From assembly GCA_902796805.1 (NCBI GenBank), contig CADBQG010000018.1:164-64163 (forward strand): a stretch of 64,000 nt of DNA, in the 5' to 3' direction. Positions 1-8,236 of the stretch are shown here, piece by piece (the first letter of the stretch is position 1; each line of letters begins with the position of its first letter). This stretch comes from an uncultured Bacteroidota bacterium (GTDB lineage Bacteria; Bacteroidota; Bacteroidia; Bacteroidales; WCHB1-69). The position numbers and the translations under genes are program-made. Below the pieces are notes generated by a model. That model was not told the DNA's origin and did no database searches. It saw only the letters and a program-made list of their open reading frames with translations.

Positions 1-120
1 AAACAGACGCAATTTCTTAACGCGTAAACGTTTCACATTTTTTGACGAAAATATTTCTTAGGCGCGTCCTTCAACTCTCCAAAGGAGAGTTTGGAAGTTA
101 TCACGCGCGTGCGCTGGGCG

Positions 121-307
121 GGCCGACATTGGGAGGCGGGGTCGCGGTGAATGGCGAAAGCATTACAACAGCGTGCAGAGGCGCTTGCGTTTATAAAATG
201 CAAAAGGCTTGCGGCACTATGCATAGTTTCACCCGCCGTTCTTGCATTTTATACTACTCTGCCGCTGTTGTTTGCTTTCGGCAGAGCGCGGCGCTTTAAT
301 GTCGGCT
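121..307 (+). ncRNA. candidate structured non-coding RNA, unclassified
   Basis: No credible ORF. Mutually nested helices: 121-130/298-307 (10 bp incl. one G-U), 135-140/232-237, hairpin 147-166 with a GAAA tetraloop, hairpin 185-203, hairpin 257-264/279-286. The G-U pairs and the GNRA loop only work on the + strand. A T-run at 310-316 follows. Single-sequence folding only. Confidence 0.3.
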
Positions 308-430
308 TGATTTTTTGGTTACTTTTTGATCAAGCAAAAAGTAACGGAAAGAGTGCTGAAAATATTAGAGCTATTTAGCAATATTACGTGAAGCCTTACT
401 GGATACAAATGAAAATTTTTGTTAGATTAA

Positions 431-474
431 ATAAAAACAGAAGAGACGACCAACCGACCGTCTCTTCTGTTTTT
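431..474. terminator. bidirectional intrinsic terminator (serves the minus-strand gene ending at 500)
   Basis: Perfect 12-bp stem acagaagagacg/cgtctcttctgt (437-448/459-470) with a 10-nt loop, flanked by an A-run at 433-437 (T-run on the minus strand) and a T-run at 470-474. Confidence 0.75.
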
Positions 475-499
475 AAATGAAATTGTGATTAACTAATAA

Positions 500-3031
500 T
501 TATTGTTTTGGTTCGATTCTAACGCAACGAACGCTGAGATGCATTGTCTTGTTCTCCTCCGAGAAGCGGATGTCGGGACAAGAGTGGTTTATACGACTGC
601 ACACGCCCTTGACAGTGTGCTCTATTACTTCGCTCGTCCAGAACTGCGTTACGCCCAAAAGTCTGTAGAAAGCGTTGATTTGCGAGTCGTAGTATCCTGA
701 ACCCATTGCGTTGAATCCGGAAACTGGCTCAATGCCTGCTGCGTCGGGAAGCCATGCTGAAACGTCTGATGTTTTCAGTTTTTCGCTGCCCCCGGCCATT
801 GTCGAGAGGTTGTCGTACTGGCTGATGGAGGGGATTGCCCAGCCTTCGGGACAGATGCCCTGCACGTACTCGCCGCGCATCGATTCCTTTGTTGCGGGTG
901 CGCTCTCGTTGTCGCCGGTTGCAATGCCCATGGCCTCATACCATGAGTAAAGCCTGCCGAACTGCTCGTTGCTTTGGTCGTTGTTGTAAACCTTGGAAGT
1001 CTCTGTCTCAGAATTGAGGTTTTTGGCCGTCCAGCATTCGCAGCCCACGCGCACAACCGGATACGACACACCGTTGATGTCAACGTTCTGCTCGCATTCG
1101 GGATAGTTGACGGTGAATTTCTGCTCGTAGGTGAGCAAACCGCCGCAAGGCTCGCGAACAGTCCAGGTTACAGTGGTTGTGCCAACTCCGATGCGTGTCG
1201 GGGAACAGCTTATTGAAATGGGTTCCGGATCGAGGGTGGGGATTACGATTGCGGTGTCGCAAGCGCCGTACCAAAGGGTTATTTCCTGATCCTTGGTAAG
1301 CACAGGTGAGTAGTAGTCGTTGGCTACAAGGATTTTCTGCTTATAGACGTTGTTTGACGGCTCAACGGCGCACTCAGCGAACTTGAACAAATAGCGGATG
1401 TGCACAGAGTCGGCAATGCCGCCATCGTTGGCAGTGGCGAGTTTGAATGTCTCTGTGTATTCGTCGCCTGCGGCTCCTTCAATGTCTTTCCATTCGCCTG
1501 CGTTTATTCTCTTCTGCCACTGTATTGTGTAGTTACTCTGATATGCGGCGTTCTCAATCACCGGGTTCGCCTTTATGTCGATGTTGATTTCCTCGTCGAT
1601 GCAGTACTCGCCCTGCTCTGTCGCGCCGTCGTTCATGCTGATCTCACCGGGCTGAACGTTGCCCACCGTGGTGTGGATTGCGTTTGAATACACGGTGTCC
1701 TTGGCAGCGTTGTATGCGCCGCGGCGGAACCAGCCGGTCTTGTTGGTCTCTCCGTTGGGAGTGTATGTCTCGCCCGTTGCACCGGCTATGATTGTCCATG
1801 TTGCGTTGTCCTCAGAGAACTGCCAGCAATAGGGGTTGTTTGTGCCGTCGGCCTTGAGTTGTCCAACCGCCGGCTCAACGTTTGTGAACTTCTTGATTGT
1901 GTCGGTTGCGGTGCAGGTTACTATCTCCTCGCCTATCGTTCCCGGTGTTATTGCCGGATAGATGTCCAATGTAACTAAGAAGAAGCGCGTGAGGGTGTCG
2001 AAGCCGCGCTCAGTGTCGATGTTGTCGGTCCATACGCCCGCAAGCTTGATGGTTACGGTCTGTATTGCATCCGAAGTGTTCGAGGCGTTGGATATTGTGA
2101 TTTTGTCGGTGTTGTCAACGTTCACTGTATATGACACGCTGTTGTTTGTACCCTGGTTCTCAACGCGGTATTTAAGGCCTGTGAGGTTCGACACGGGAGT
2201 TACGTCAACCTGGCCGCCTGTAGTTACAGCCACAGAGGCGTTGTTGATGTAGAACGGCATATAGGTGAAGCGCACCACGCCGATTGCGCCGGCACCGCCG
2301 GTTTTTGTTCTTGTCCATGAGGATACTACACCAGAGCCGCCGCCGCCATACTTACTACCAGCAGTTGGTGATGACGCGCCTGTTCGTCCTTGTCCACCAT
2401 CTCCACCAAGATCGCCCCCAGAGGCTCCTCCATCAGCCGAGAATGCAGTGCTATTTTCGCCATCCTCACCGTCAGCTTGGGAGCCAGCTGCGCCGCCACC
2501 GCCACCGCCTATACTTCCATGAGTTCCATTACTGCCATTACCACCACTGAATTTCCAAATTCCTATGGAATTTTCAGCTTTTCCGCCTTGGGCACCTGTT
2601 GTGTTGTTTGTGCCTGTAACAGATTTGCCTCCTTCAGCAACCACCTTCAGACTTTTGTATTCAACAGTGGTGTTTCCGCCATCTGTCACCCTGCTCGAAG
2701 TAGCGTTGCTTTCACCATGGCGTATATTGGAAACCAAAATTTTTGTTGTTCCGTTCAAGTCAACGGAAAAAATATTGCCTGCGTAAGCGCCGCCGCCGCC
2801 GCCGCCAGAAGCTCTGTAATTAAGAAATCCCCCACTTACGTATCCTCCGGCGCCGCCGCCGCCCCAGGCTTCCACCTTCACTTTCGACACATTGGCCGGT
2901 ATGGTCCAGTTGCCGTTCGACTCCATTCTGGATGTTGTGTACTGCTGCTGGGCCGCCAAAAAGCCGCAACTGAACACCGCTGCGAGCATTAGCAACAATC
3001 CTTTTGAACTCGTTTTTGAAAACTTCTTCAT
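500..3031 (-). CDS. large secreted/lipoprotein-like surface protein: Gly-rich N-terminal domain, Cys-containing beta-repeat middle, C-terminal FISUMP (Fibrobacter succinogenes major paralogous) domain
   Basis: 843 aa. Signal peptide MKKFSKTSSKGLLLMLAAVFSCG. Gly blocks VKVEAWGGGGAGGY and ASGGGGGGAYAG resemble the Gly_rich (ALK-type) family. C-terminus CWTAKNLN..YSWYEAM..CPEGWAIPS..FWTSE matches the FISUMP consensus as I remember it. Confidence 0.85.
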   Translation of the reverse strand: MKKFSKTSSKGLLLMLAAVFSCGFLAAQQQYTTSRMESNGNWTIPANVSKVKVEAWGGGGAGGYVSGGFLNYRASGGGGGGAYAGNIFSVDLNGTTKILVSNIRHGESNATSSRVTDGGNTTVEYKSLKVVAEGGKSVTGTNNTTGAQGGKAENSIGIWKFSGGNGSNGTHGSIGGGGGGAAGSQADGEDGENSTAFSADGGASGGDLGGDGGQGRTGASSPTAGSKYGGGGSGVVSSWTRTKTGGAGAIGVVRFTYMPFYINNASVAVTTGGQVDVTPVSNLTGLKYRVENQGTNNSVSYTVNVDNTDKITISNASNTSDAIQTVTIKLAGVWTDNIDTERGFDTLTRFFLVTLDIYPAITPGTIGEEIVTCTATDTIKKFTNVEPAVGQLKADGTNNPYCWQFSEDNATWTIIAGATGETYTPNGETNKTGWFRRGAYNAAKDTVYSNAIHTTVGNVQPGEISMNDGATEQGEYCIDEEINIDIKANPVIENAAYQSNYTIQWQKRINAGEWKDIEGAAGDEYTETFKLATANDGGIADSVHIRYLFKFAECAVEPSNNVYKQKILVANDYYSPVLTKDQEITLWYGACDTAIVIPTLDPEPISISCSPTRIGVGTTTVTWTVREPCGGLLTYEQKFTVNYPECEQNVDINGVSYPVVRVGCECWTAKNLNSETETSKVYNNDQSNEQFGRLYSWYEAMGIATGDNESAPATKESMRGEYVQGICPEGWAIPSISQYDNLSTMAGGSEKLKTSDVSAWLPDAAGIEPVSGFNAMGSGYYDSQINAFYRLLGVTQFWTSEVIEHTVKGVCSRINHSCPDIRFSEENKTMHLSVRCVRIEPKQ

Positions 3032-3120
3032 AATTATAACTTTTAACTTTTATCAAAAAACAAACAGTGAAAAAATTTTCACTTAATCATATTACTACCA
3101 TCGACTCAAAAAAGTTGCGG

Positions 3121-3128
3121 CAAAAATA
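3121..3128 (-). promoter_or_regulatory. candidate Bacteroidetes -7 promoter box (TATTTTTG) for the 843-aa gene
   Basis: Reverse complement of caaaaata matches TAnnTTTG. It lies about 90 nt upstream of the ATG at 3031. Confidence 0.35.
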
Positions 3129-3268
3129 CAAAAAAAATGAAACGAAATATAAAAAATTGATATAGTATTGATTATCAACTAAATAAAAATGTTAATTTAT
3201 GTTAATAACCATCAAAAAGAAGTGCTTTTCTTGTTCTTTTTCATTCAAAATGTCAGTTTGGCAACCGG

Positions 3269-4489
3269 CTATTCGTATCTCAGGGCGGAAATTGGGTCCA
3301 TATTTGCGGCCTTCTTGGCTGGATACCAACCGAAGAATATTCCGGTGAACGCACAGACGAGGAAAGATATAACTATCGCCTTCTGGCTGACGACGTACGG
3401 CCAGGAAAGAAGCCTCGAGGCCACGTATGAGAGAAGAAGTCCGAAAAATATGCCAATGACTCCTCCTATGAGGCTCAGAATTATGCTTTCGGTGAGAAAT
3501 TGCATCTTTATGTCAGAGTTGCGCGCGCCTATCGCCATGCGCAGGCCTATCTCCTTGGTGCGCTCGGTGACGGTAACATACATGATGTTCATGATTCCTA
3601 TGCCGCCAACCACCAGGGATATGGAGGCTATTGCCGCCAGCAGCATGGTGAGCATCTTGTTCACTGAATTAATGGAAGAAACCAACTCCTCCTGTGTCCT
3701 GATCTCGAAGTCGTCGGCGGCGCCGGCCTTAATACCGTGGTTGCTGCGCAGGATGTAAGTTATCTCCGTGGCAGCCATCTCCGATTCCTCCTCTGAGGTG
3801 GCCGAGGCGAATATCATGTTGAAATAGTTGATGCCTGAGAAACGCTTCTGTATTGTCGTGTACGGTGCGAACACAATATCGTCCTGGTCTTCGCCCATCT
3901 GGTTCTGTCCCTTGGAGGCGAGAACTCCGATGACGGTCATTGGAATGGAGCCGAAGCGAACGGTCTGGCCTATTGGATTCTCGCCGTTTGTGAAGAGTTC
4001 TTTGACCACAGTCTGACCTATAACGCACACTTTCGCGTATCTCTTAACATCTTCCTCTGAGAACATTATTCCGCTTTTCAAAGAGTATTTCCTGATGTCG
4101 AGATAATCCTCCGACACGCCGTTAATGCTGCACGGATGGTTGTTTGAACCGAACACGAGCTGCTTTGAGGAACCCACCATCGGCGACACCTTGGCCACAT
4201 ACACAGTATTGTTTTTCAGTGCGTTGAGGTCGTTTTCATCCAACGACTTCGACGAGGCGTTGCCCATGTTGACACCGCCGCGCATCTGCCGCGCCGGCAT
4301 CACCATTATCATGTTCGACCCCATGGACGAGAGTTCCGACTGCACATTCTTTGTGGAGGCCTGGCCGAGACTCACCATAGCGATAACAGAGGCTATGCCT
4401 ATGATGATGCCAAGCATTGTGAGGAGTGTCCGCATCTTGTTGCGGAACAACGACGATATTGCAAGTTTGAAAAGGTTTGCTATGTTCAT
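3269..4489 (-). CDS. ABC efflux transporter permease, MacB/FtsX family
   Basis: 406 aa. N-terminal TM (LLTMLGIIIGIASVIAMVSL), large extracytoplasmic domain, three C-terminal TMs (FtsX-type). 4-nt ATGA overlap with the upstream ATPase gene. Confidence 0.9.
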   Translation of the reverse strand: MNIANLFKLAISSLFRNKMRTLLTMLGIIIGIASVIAMVSLGQASTKNVQSELSSMGSNMIMVMPARQMRGGVNMGNASSKSLDENDLNALKNNTVYVAKVSPMVGSSKQLVFGSNNHPCSINGVSEDYLDIRKYSLKSGIMFSEEDVKRYAKVCVIGQTVVKELFTNGENPIGQTVRFGSIPMTVIGVLASKGQNQMGEDQDDIVFAPYTTIQKRFSGINYFNMIFASATSEEESEMAATEITYILRSNHGIKAGAADDFEIRTQEELVSSINSVNKMLTMLLAAIASISLVVGGIGIMNIMYVTVTERTKEIGLRMAIGARNSDIKMQFLTESIILSLIGGVIGIFFGLLLSYVASRLLSWPYVVSQKAIVISFLVCAFTGIFFGWYPAKKAANMDPISALRYE

Positions 4490-5229
4490 TCCGTGGGTGT
4501 TTTGCTGATTTCCTGGAGCGCCTCGGCCGCCGACTGCGGCGTTATAGGAGCGTCCTCTATGATTTGCCCGTCGCGCAGGCGGATTTTCCGGGTCGTGAAA
4601 GTGGCGATGTCGGGCTCATGGGTGACAAAGGCTATCGTCTTTCCTTGTGCGTGCAGGTCCTGGAACAGGCTCATGATTTCGTATGATGTCTTAGTGTCGA
4701 GGTTTCCGGTGGCCTCGTCAGCAAGCACTATCACGGGGTCGTTTACCAACGCCCTGGCTATGGCTACGCGCTGTTGCTGGCCGCCCGAGAGCTGGTTGGG
4801 GGTGTGTTCCATGCGCCCCTCGAGACCTACGAGCTTCAACGCCGCCACAGCCCTGTCTCTCCTTTCCTTGGCGGGAACATCCTTGTTGTAAATCAGCGGC
4901 AGCTCAACGTTTTCGAGTGCGGTGGTCCTGGCCAAAAGGTTGTAGTTCTGAAAAACGAAGCCGATTTTGCGGTTTCGCAGCGCCGACAACTCGTTTTTTC
5001 CCAGGCTCTTCACCGAAACACCGTCTATTATGTAGTCGCCGGCAGTGGGCGTGTCAAGGCAGCCCAAGATATTCAGGAGCGTGGACTTCCCGGAGCCGCT
5101 CGTGCCCATTATGCTTACAAACTCCCCTTCGCGAACCGTGAAAGAGACTCCGCGCAGGGCGTGCACGTCTTCGCTGCCAACGCGGAAAACGCGCTCAAGT
5201 CTCTCAATCTTCAGGATTTCTTTTTCCAT
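4486..5229 (-). CDS. ABC transporter ATP-binding protein, MacB/LolD type
   Basis: Walker A GTSGSGKST, signature LSGGQQQRVAIARAL, Walker B VIVLADEATGNLD. Start set at MEKEILKIERLE, because the longer ORF-track N-extension runs into the adaptor gene. Confidence 0.92.
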   Translation of the reverse strand: MEKEILKIERLERVFRVGSEDVHALRGVSFTVREGEFVSIMGTSGSGKSTLLNILGCLDTPTAGDYIIDGVSVKSLGKNELSALRNRKIGFVFQNYNLLARTTALENVELPLIYNKDVPAKERRDRAVAALKLVGLEGRMEHTPNQLSGGQQQRVAIARALVNDPVIVLADEATGNLDTKTSYEIMSLFQDLHAQGKTIAFVTHEPDIATFTTRKIRLRDGQIIEDAPITPQSAAEALQEISKTPTE

Positions 5230-5230
5230 T

Positions 5231-6460
5231 TTAACGCTGTTTTTTCTCCCTCTTGGGCATGAAAGGGTTGTCTCCCGACTGCTTGACCTGGTCACCGAAG
5301 ACTTCGGAAATCATCGTCAAAACTTCCTGTCCTTCATCCATGCCGGAGACTATCGCCTTCACACGGTCGTCGGTGCCAATGGTTACCTGCTTCTGCACAA
5401 AGCTTTTGTCTCCGCTTTTTATCCAGACGGCCTTCTTGGTAATGTCCTTTAGACCTTCTGTACGGTCTTCCCTGCTCTTGAACATGGAGTTGAAAGTGAA
5501 GCCCTTCTTCTCAAGCTGTTTCTGGTAATCGTCGCTCAGGTTGACGTAGAACGCCTGAACCGGTATCGTGAGGCCCACCTCTTTCTTGATGGTGATTGTA
5601 ACGTTTGCGGTCATTCCGGGATAGAGCTTTTGCTCCGGGTTAGGCGCATTTATTATGACAGTGTATGTTACCACATTAGATGTAACCTCCGGATTCAGCC
5701 TCACCTCCTTGACAGAGCCGCTGAAGACATCGTCGGGAAAGGCGTCAACCGTGAAACTCACCGGCTGCCCGGCTTTAACCTCCCCGATGTCGGCCTCGTC
5801 GACCTTAGCCTCAACCTGCATCTGGGTGAGGTCGTTGGCTATTGTGAACAATGTCGGGGTGTTGAATGAAGAGGCAACGGTCTGCCCCTCCTCAACGGCT
5901 TTGTCGAGCACAATGCCGTCGATCGGCGAATATATCGTGGCGTACGAGAGGTTTGTCTGCGCACGGGAAAGGTCCGACTTGGCGGTGCGCAGCTGGTTAT
6001 TCGCAAGAGTGAGCTGGTTGGTTGCAGCCTCGTAGGCCTCTAACGTTGCCGCCTTGTTGTCGTACAGAGCCTTTGTGCGGTCGTAGGTCTGCTGAGCCAA
6101 TGTAAGGTTGCTCTGGGCGTTCGACACGCTCGTCTGCGCCTGCGACAGCTGCTCGTTGAGGTTCGACTTGTCCAACTCCGCCAGCAACTGTCCTTTCTTC
6201 ACCACGGAGTTGAAGTCCACATAAAGCCTCTGCACTATGCCCGACACCTGCGTTCCCACGTCAACTTTGTAAACCGGCTGCAGCTCGCCAGTCGCCGTTA
6301 CCGCAACCTCTATGCTGTCAGTCTTGCACCTTTCTGTAATCACCTGCAAATCGGAATTCTTCTTCTTTTTCGCCCCTATCACAAAAAACAAGACAACGGC
6401 AAGCACTGCCGCCGCGCCTATTATCCACCATAATTTTTTATTCTTTCTCTTTTCTGACAT
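5231..6460 (-). CDS. efflux RND/HlyD-family periplasmic adaptor (MacA-like)
   Basis: 409 aa. N-terminal TM anchor (LWWIIGAAAVLAVVLFFVIG), long coiled-coil hairpin (LNEQLSQAQTSVSNAQSNLTLAQQTYDR...), beta-barrel C-terminal part. Sits between the TolC-like and ABC genes. Confidence 0.9.
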   Translation of the reverse strand: MSEKRKNKKLWWIIGAAAVLAVVLFFVIGAKKKKNSDLQVITERCKTDSIEVAVTATGELQPVYKVDVGTQVSGIVQRLYVDFNSVVKKGQLLAELDKSNLNEQLSQAQTSVSNAQSNLTLAQQTYDRTKALYDNKAATLEAYEAATNQLTLANNQLRTAKSDLSRAQTNLSYATIYSPIDGIVLDKAVEEGQTVASSFNTPTLFTIANDLTQMQVEAKVDEADIGEVKAGQPVSFTVDAFPDDVFSGSVKEVRLNPEVTSNVVTYTVIINAPNPEQKLYPGMTANVTITIKKEVGLTIPVQAFYVNLSDDYQKQLEKKGFTFNSMFKSREDRTEGLKDITKKAVWIKSGDKSFVQKQVTIGTDDRVKAIVSGMDEGQEVLTMISEVFGDQVKQSGDNPFMPKREKKQR

Positions 6461-6506
6461 ATCATTGTTGTTTTTATCCTGATTACAATACGCATTTTTT
6501 CAATCA

Positions 6507-7838
6507 CTACATCTTCACCGGCACACCCATGTAAACGTCGAGTATCTTGCGCTTGAAGACGTAGGAATATTTGGACTGCATGTACTGGTTGAGTTGGTTG
6601 AGGTAGTTTGTCTGCTGCTGGATGAGTTCCACAGCGGTAACCGATCCGTATTTGAAACGGGTTCTATAAGTGTTAAAATTCGCTAAATAGGCGTCTTTCT
6701 TGGCTTCGGAGGCGAGATAGTCGTTCTGGGCGGCCAGCACATCGATATAGCTCTGCCTGAGTTCCTGTCCAATCTGGTGCTCGGTTTCACGGCGCTCTAA
6801 CTCCACCTGCTGGGCGCGGTACTGCGCCTGCTTCACGTTGTTCCTGACACTTCCGTGCTGGTAGATCGGGATGTTGAGGTTGAGCGAGACATTCTCGCCG
6901 AGTTTCTGCCATACCTGCGAGCCCCACGACTGGTTCGGACTTGTCAGGTTGGATCCCGAATACCCGGTGTTGATGCCGGCACTCAACGACAAGTTGGGAT
7001 AAAACGATGCTTTCTGTATCTTCACATCGTACTCGGCGCTCTGCACGGCGTTCTCCGAAATCTTGAGCTCGGGCAGATACCCGTTCGAGCGGTCAATCAG
7101 GGTCTGCAAGTCCGGCAGGTCGAGACTTCTGAAAAGCGTGGCGCTGTCGGGCGGAGAAATACGTATCTGCCTATCGTGGTCTATAGCAAGGAGATTCTTC
7201 AGTGTCAGGTAGTTCGACTGTATGTTGTTCTTTATGTTTTCAACACTGTAAAGGTCGGAGGTGTATTGCGCCTGAAGCATCTTGTAGTCGCTCTCGAGAA
7301 TCTGACCCACTGCAAGCTGCTTCTCTCCTTGTTCCATCTGCTCCTTGCTCGAATTAAGCACCTCTTGCTGGTAAGTTAGCATGTCCTCGTTCATCATTAT
7401 CGCCAAGAAGGCCTGAATCACCTGTATGCGGACATTGTTTCTCGTACGTTCGTCGGCCAGCAGCGACTGCTCAACGCCGAGTTTGCTCTGTTTTATCTTG
7501 TTCGCATTGCTCAGTCCGTTGAAAAGTGTCATCCCTGCCGAAACGCCGTAGTTGCCGCCCCACCCTACCGAACGCTCGTAATTGCCGAAAGAGACGTTCT
7601 GCGACGCGGTGGCCGAAACCGAAGGCGCAATGTTTTCCCGCGCCTGCCGCAGACTCAACTCGGAAGACTGAACATCTATGCCTGAAGACTGTATAGAATA
7701 ATTGTTGCCCTCCGCATATCTTATACATTCTTCAAGGGTGAAAACCGAGGGCAACGCATCACCTCCGTTATCCTGGGCATAAAGAAAGCTATTGATTGCA
7801 AGGACACAAATGAACAAAAAAGGAAAGAATTTCTTCAT
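6507..7838 (-). CDS. tolC: TolC-family outer membrane efflux protein
   Basis: 443 aa. Signal peptide MKKFFPFLFICVLAINSFLYAQ, two-repeat OEP architecture. First gene of the efflux operon. Confidence 0.88.
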   Translation of the reverse strand: MKKFFPFLFICVLAINSFLYAQDNGGDALPSVFTLEECIRYAEGNNYSIQSSGIDVQSSELSLRQARENIAPSVSATASQNVSFGNYERSVGWGGNYGVSAGMTLFNGLSNANKIKQSKLGVEQSLLADERTRNNVRIQVIQAFLAIMMNEDMLTYQQEVLNSSKEQMEQGEKQLAVGQILESDYKMLQAQYTSDLYSVENIKNNIQSNYLTLKNLLAIDHDRQIRISPPDSATLFRSLDLPDLQTLIDRSNGYLPELKISENAVQSAEYDVKIQKASFYPNLSLSAGINTGYSGSNLTSPNQSWGSQVWQKLGENVSLNLNIPIYQHGSVRNNVKQAQYRAQQVELERRETEHQIGQELRQSYIDVLAAQNDYLASEAKKDAYLANFNTYRTRFKYGSVTAVELIQQQTNYLNQLNQYMQSKYSYVFKRKILDVYMGVPVKM

Positions 7839-7945
7839 ATTAGAGAACCATTGAACTTTTTTTTGACTTGGGATATTATAAAATGTTTAAAAATTGTTAA
7901 TAATTTTTATTTTCGATTTTTTTGATTCGGAACGATAAATCGTAA

Positions 7946-8073
7946 TTTCGACGCGATAAATCGCGTCGCTACAAATTATCATTCGCGTTTGCAACCATAA
8001 CGACGCGACGAATCGCATTTTCGACGCGATAAATCGCGTCGCTACAAATTATCATTCGCGTTTGCAACCATAA
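7946..8073. repeat. tandem direct repeat (2 x 55 bp identical cores, 73-bp period), each with a GC hairpin
   Basis: 7946-8000 and 8019-8073 are identical (tttcgacgcgataaatcgcgtcgctacaaattatcattcgcgtttgcaaccataa). Hairpins cgacgcga-taaa-tcgcgtcg at 7949-7968 and 8022-8041. Degenerate hairpin copies lie at 7932-7944, 8001-8016 and 8075-8086. Confidence 0.95.
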
Positions 8074-8236
8074 ACGGCGCGACGAAATATTTATTTCAAC
8101 AGACTGTAAATCAAATATCTAAAATAAAACAGCCCTAAAAATAACGATAAAATATGATTTTGATTGTTGTGGTTATTTTTATAAAATTCTGACGAAAAAT
8201 CAGGTATTAATAAAATAATGATTGATATTCAAATAG

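Noticed and set aside
131-166. gggtcgcggtgaatggcgaaagc resembles the 5' core of the ZTP (pfl) riboswitch (GGGUCGUGACUGGCG, from memory)
   Set aside because: The match is imperfect. The obligatory 3' CCGCCUGGGC pseudoknot partner is absent on either strand, and no + strand gene follows.
42-378. ORFs 42-299 (+), 151-378 (+) and 33-224 (-) in the first 400 nt
   Set aside because: They are short and overlapping, with Arg/Ala/Cys-rich composition and no motifs. The region is better explained as structured non-coding sequence.
500-700. The FISUMP/C-type-lectin-like C-termini (here and at 43226-43400) as targets of a diversity-generating retroelement
   Set aside because: No reverse transcriptase gene and no template-repeat-like near copy of either 3' end is visible in the window. 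The downstream non-coding block shows no similarity to the gene 3' end.
3157-3178. Inverted repeat ttgata-N10-tatcaa upstream of the surface-protein gene as a possible invertible-promoter boundary
   Set aside because: It has only 6-bp arms and occurs once. There is no partner repeat flanking the promoter and no nearby recombinase. AT-rich sequence makes such matches likely by chance.
7946-8073. Repeat array as a CRISPR locus
   Set aside because: There are only two full units, the so-called spacer is itself a degenerate copy of the hairpin, and there are no cas genes.
7839-8236. AT-rich 398-bp region next to mnmG (gidA) as a replication origin
   Set aside because: There is only one degenerate DnaA-box-like 9-mer (tgtggttat). 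There is no cluster of boxes, no dnaA or dnaN nearby, and no change of gene orientation across the region.
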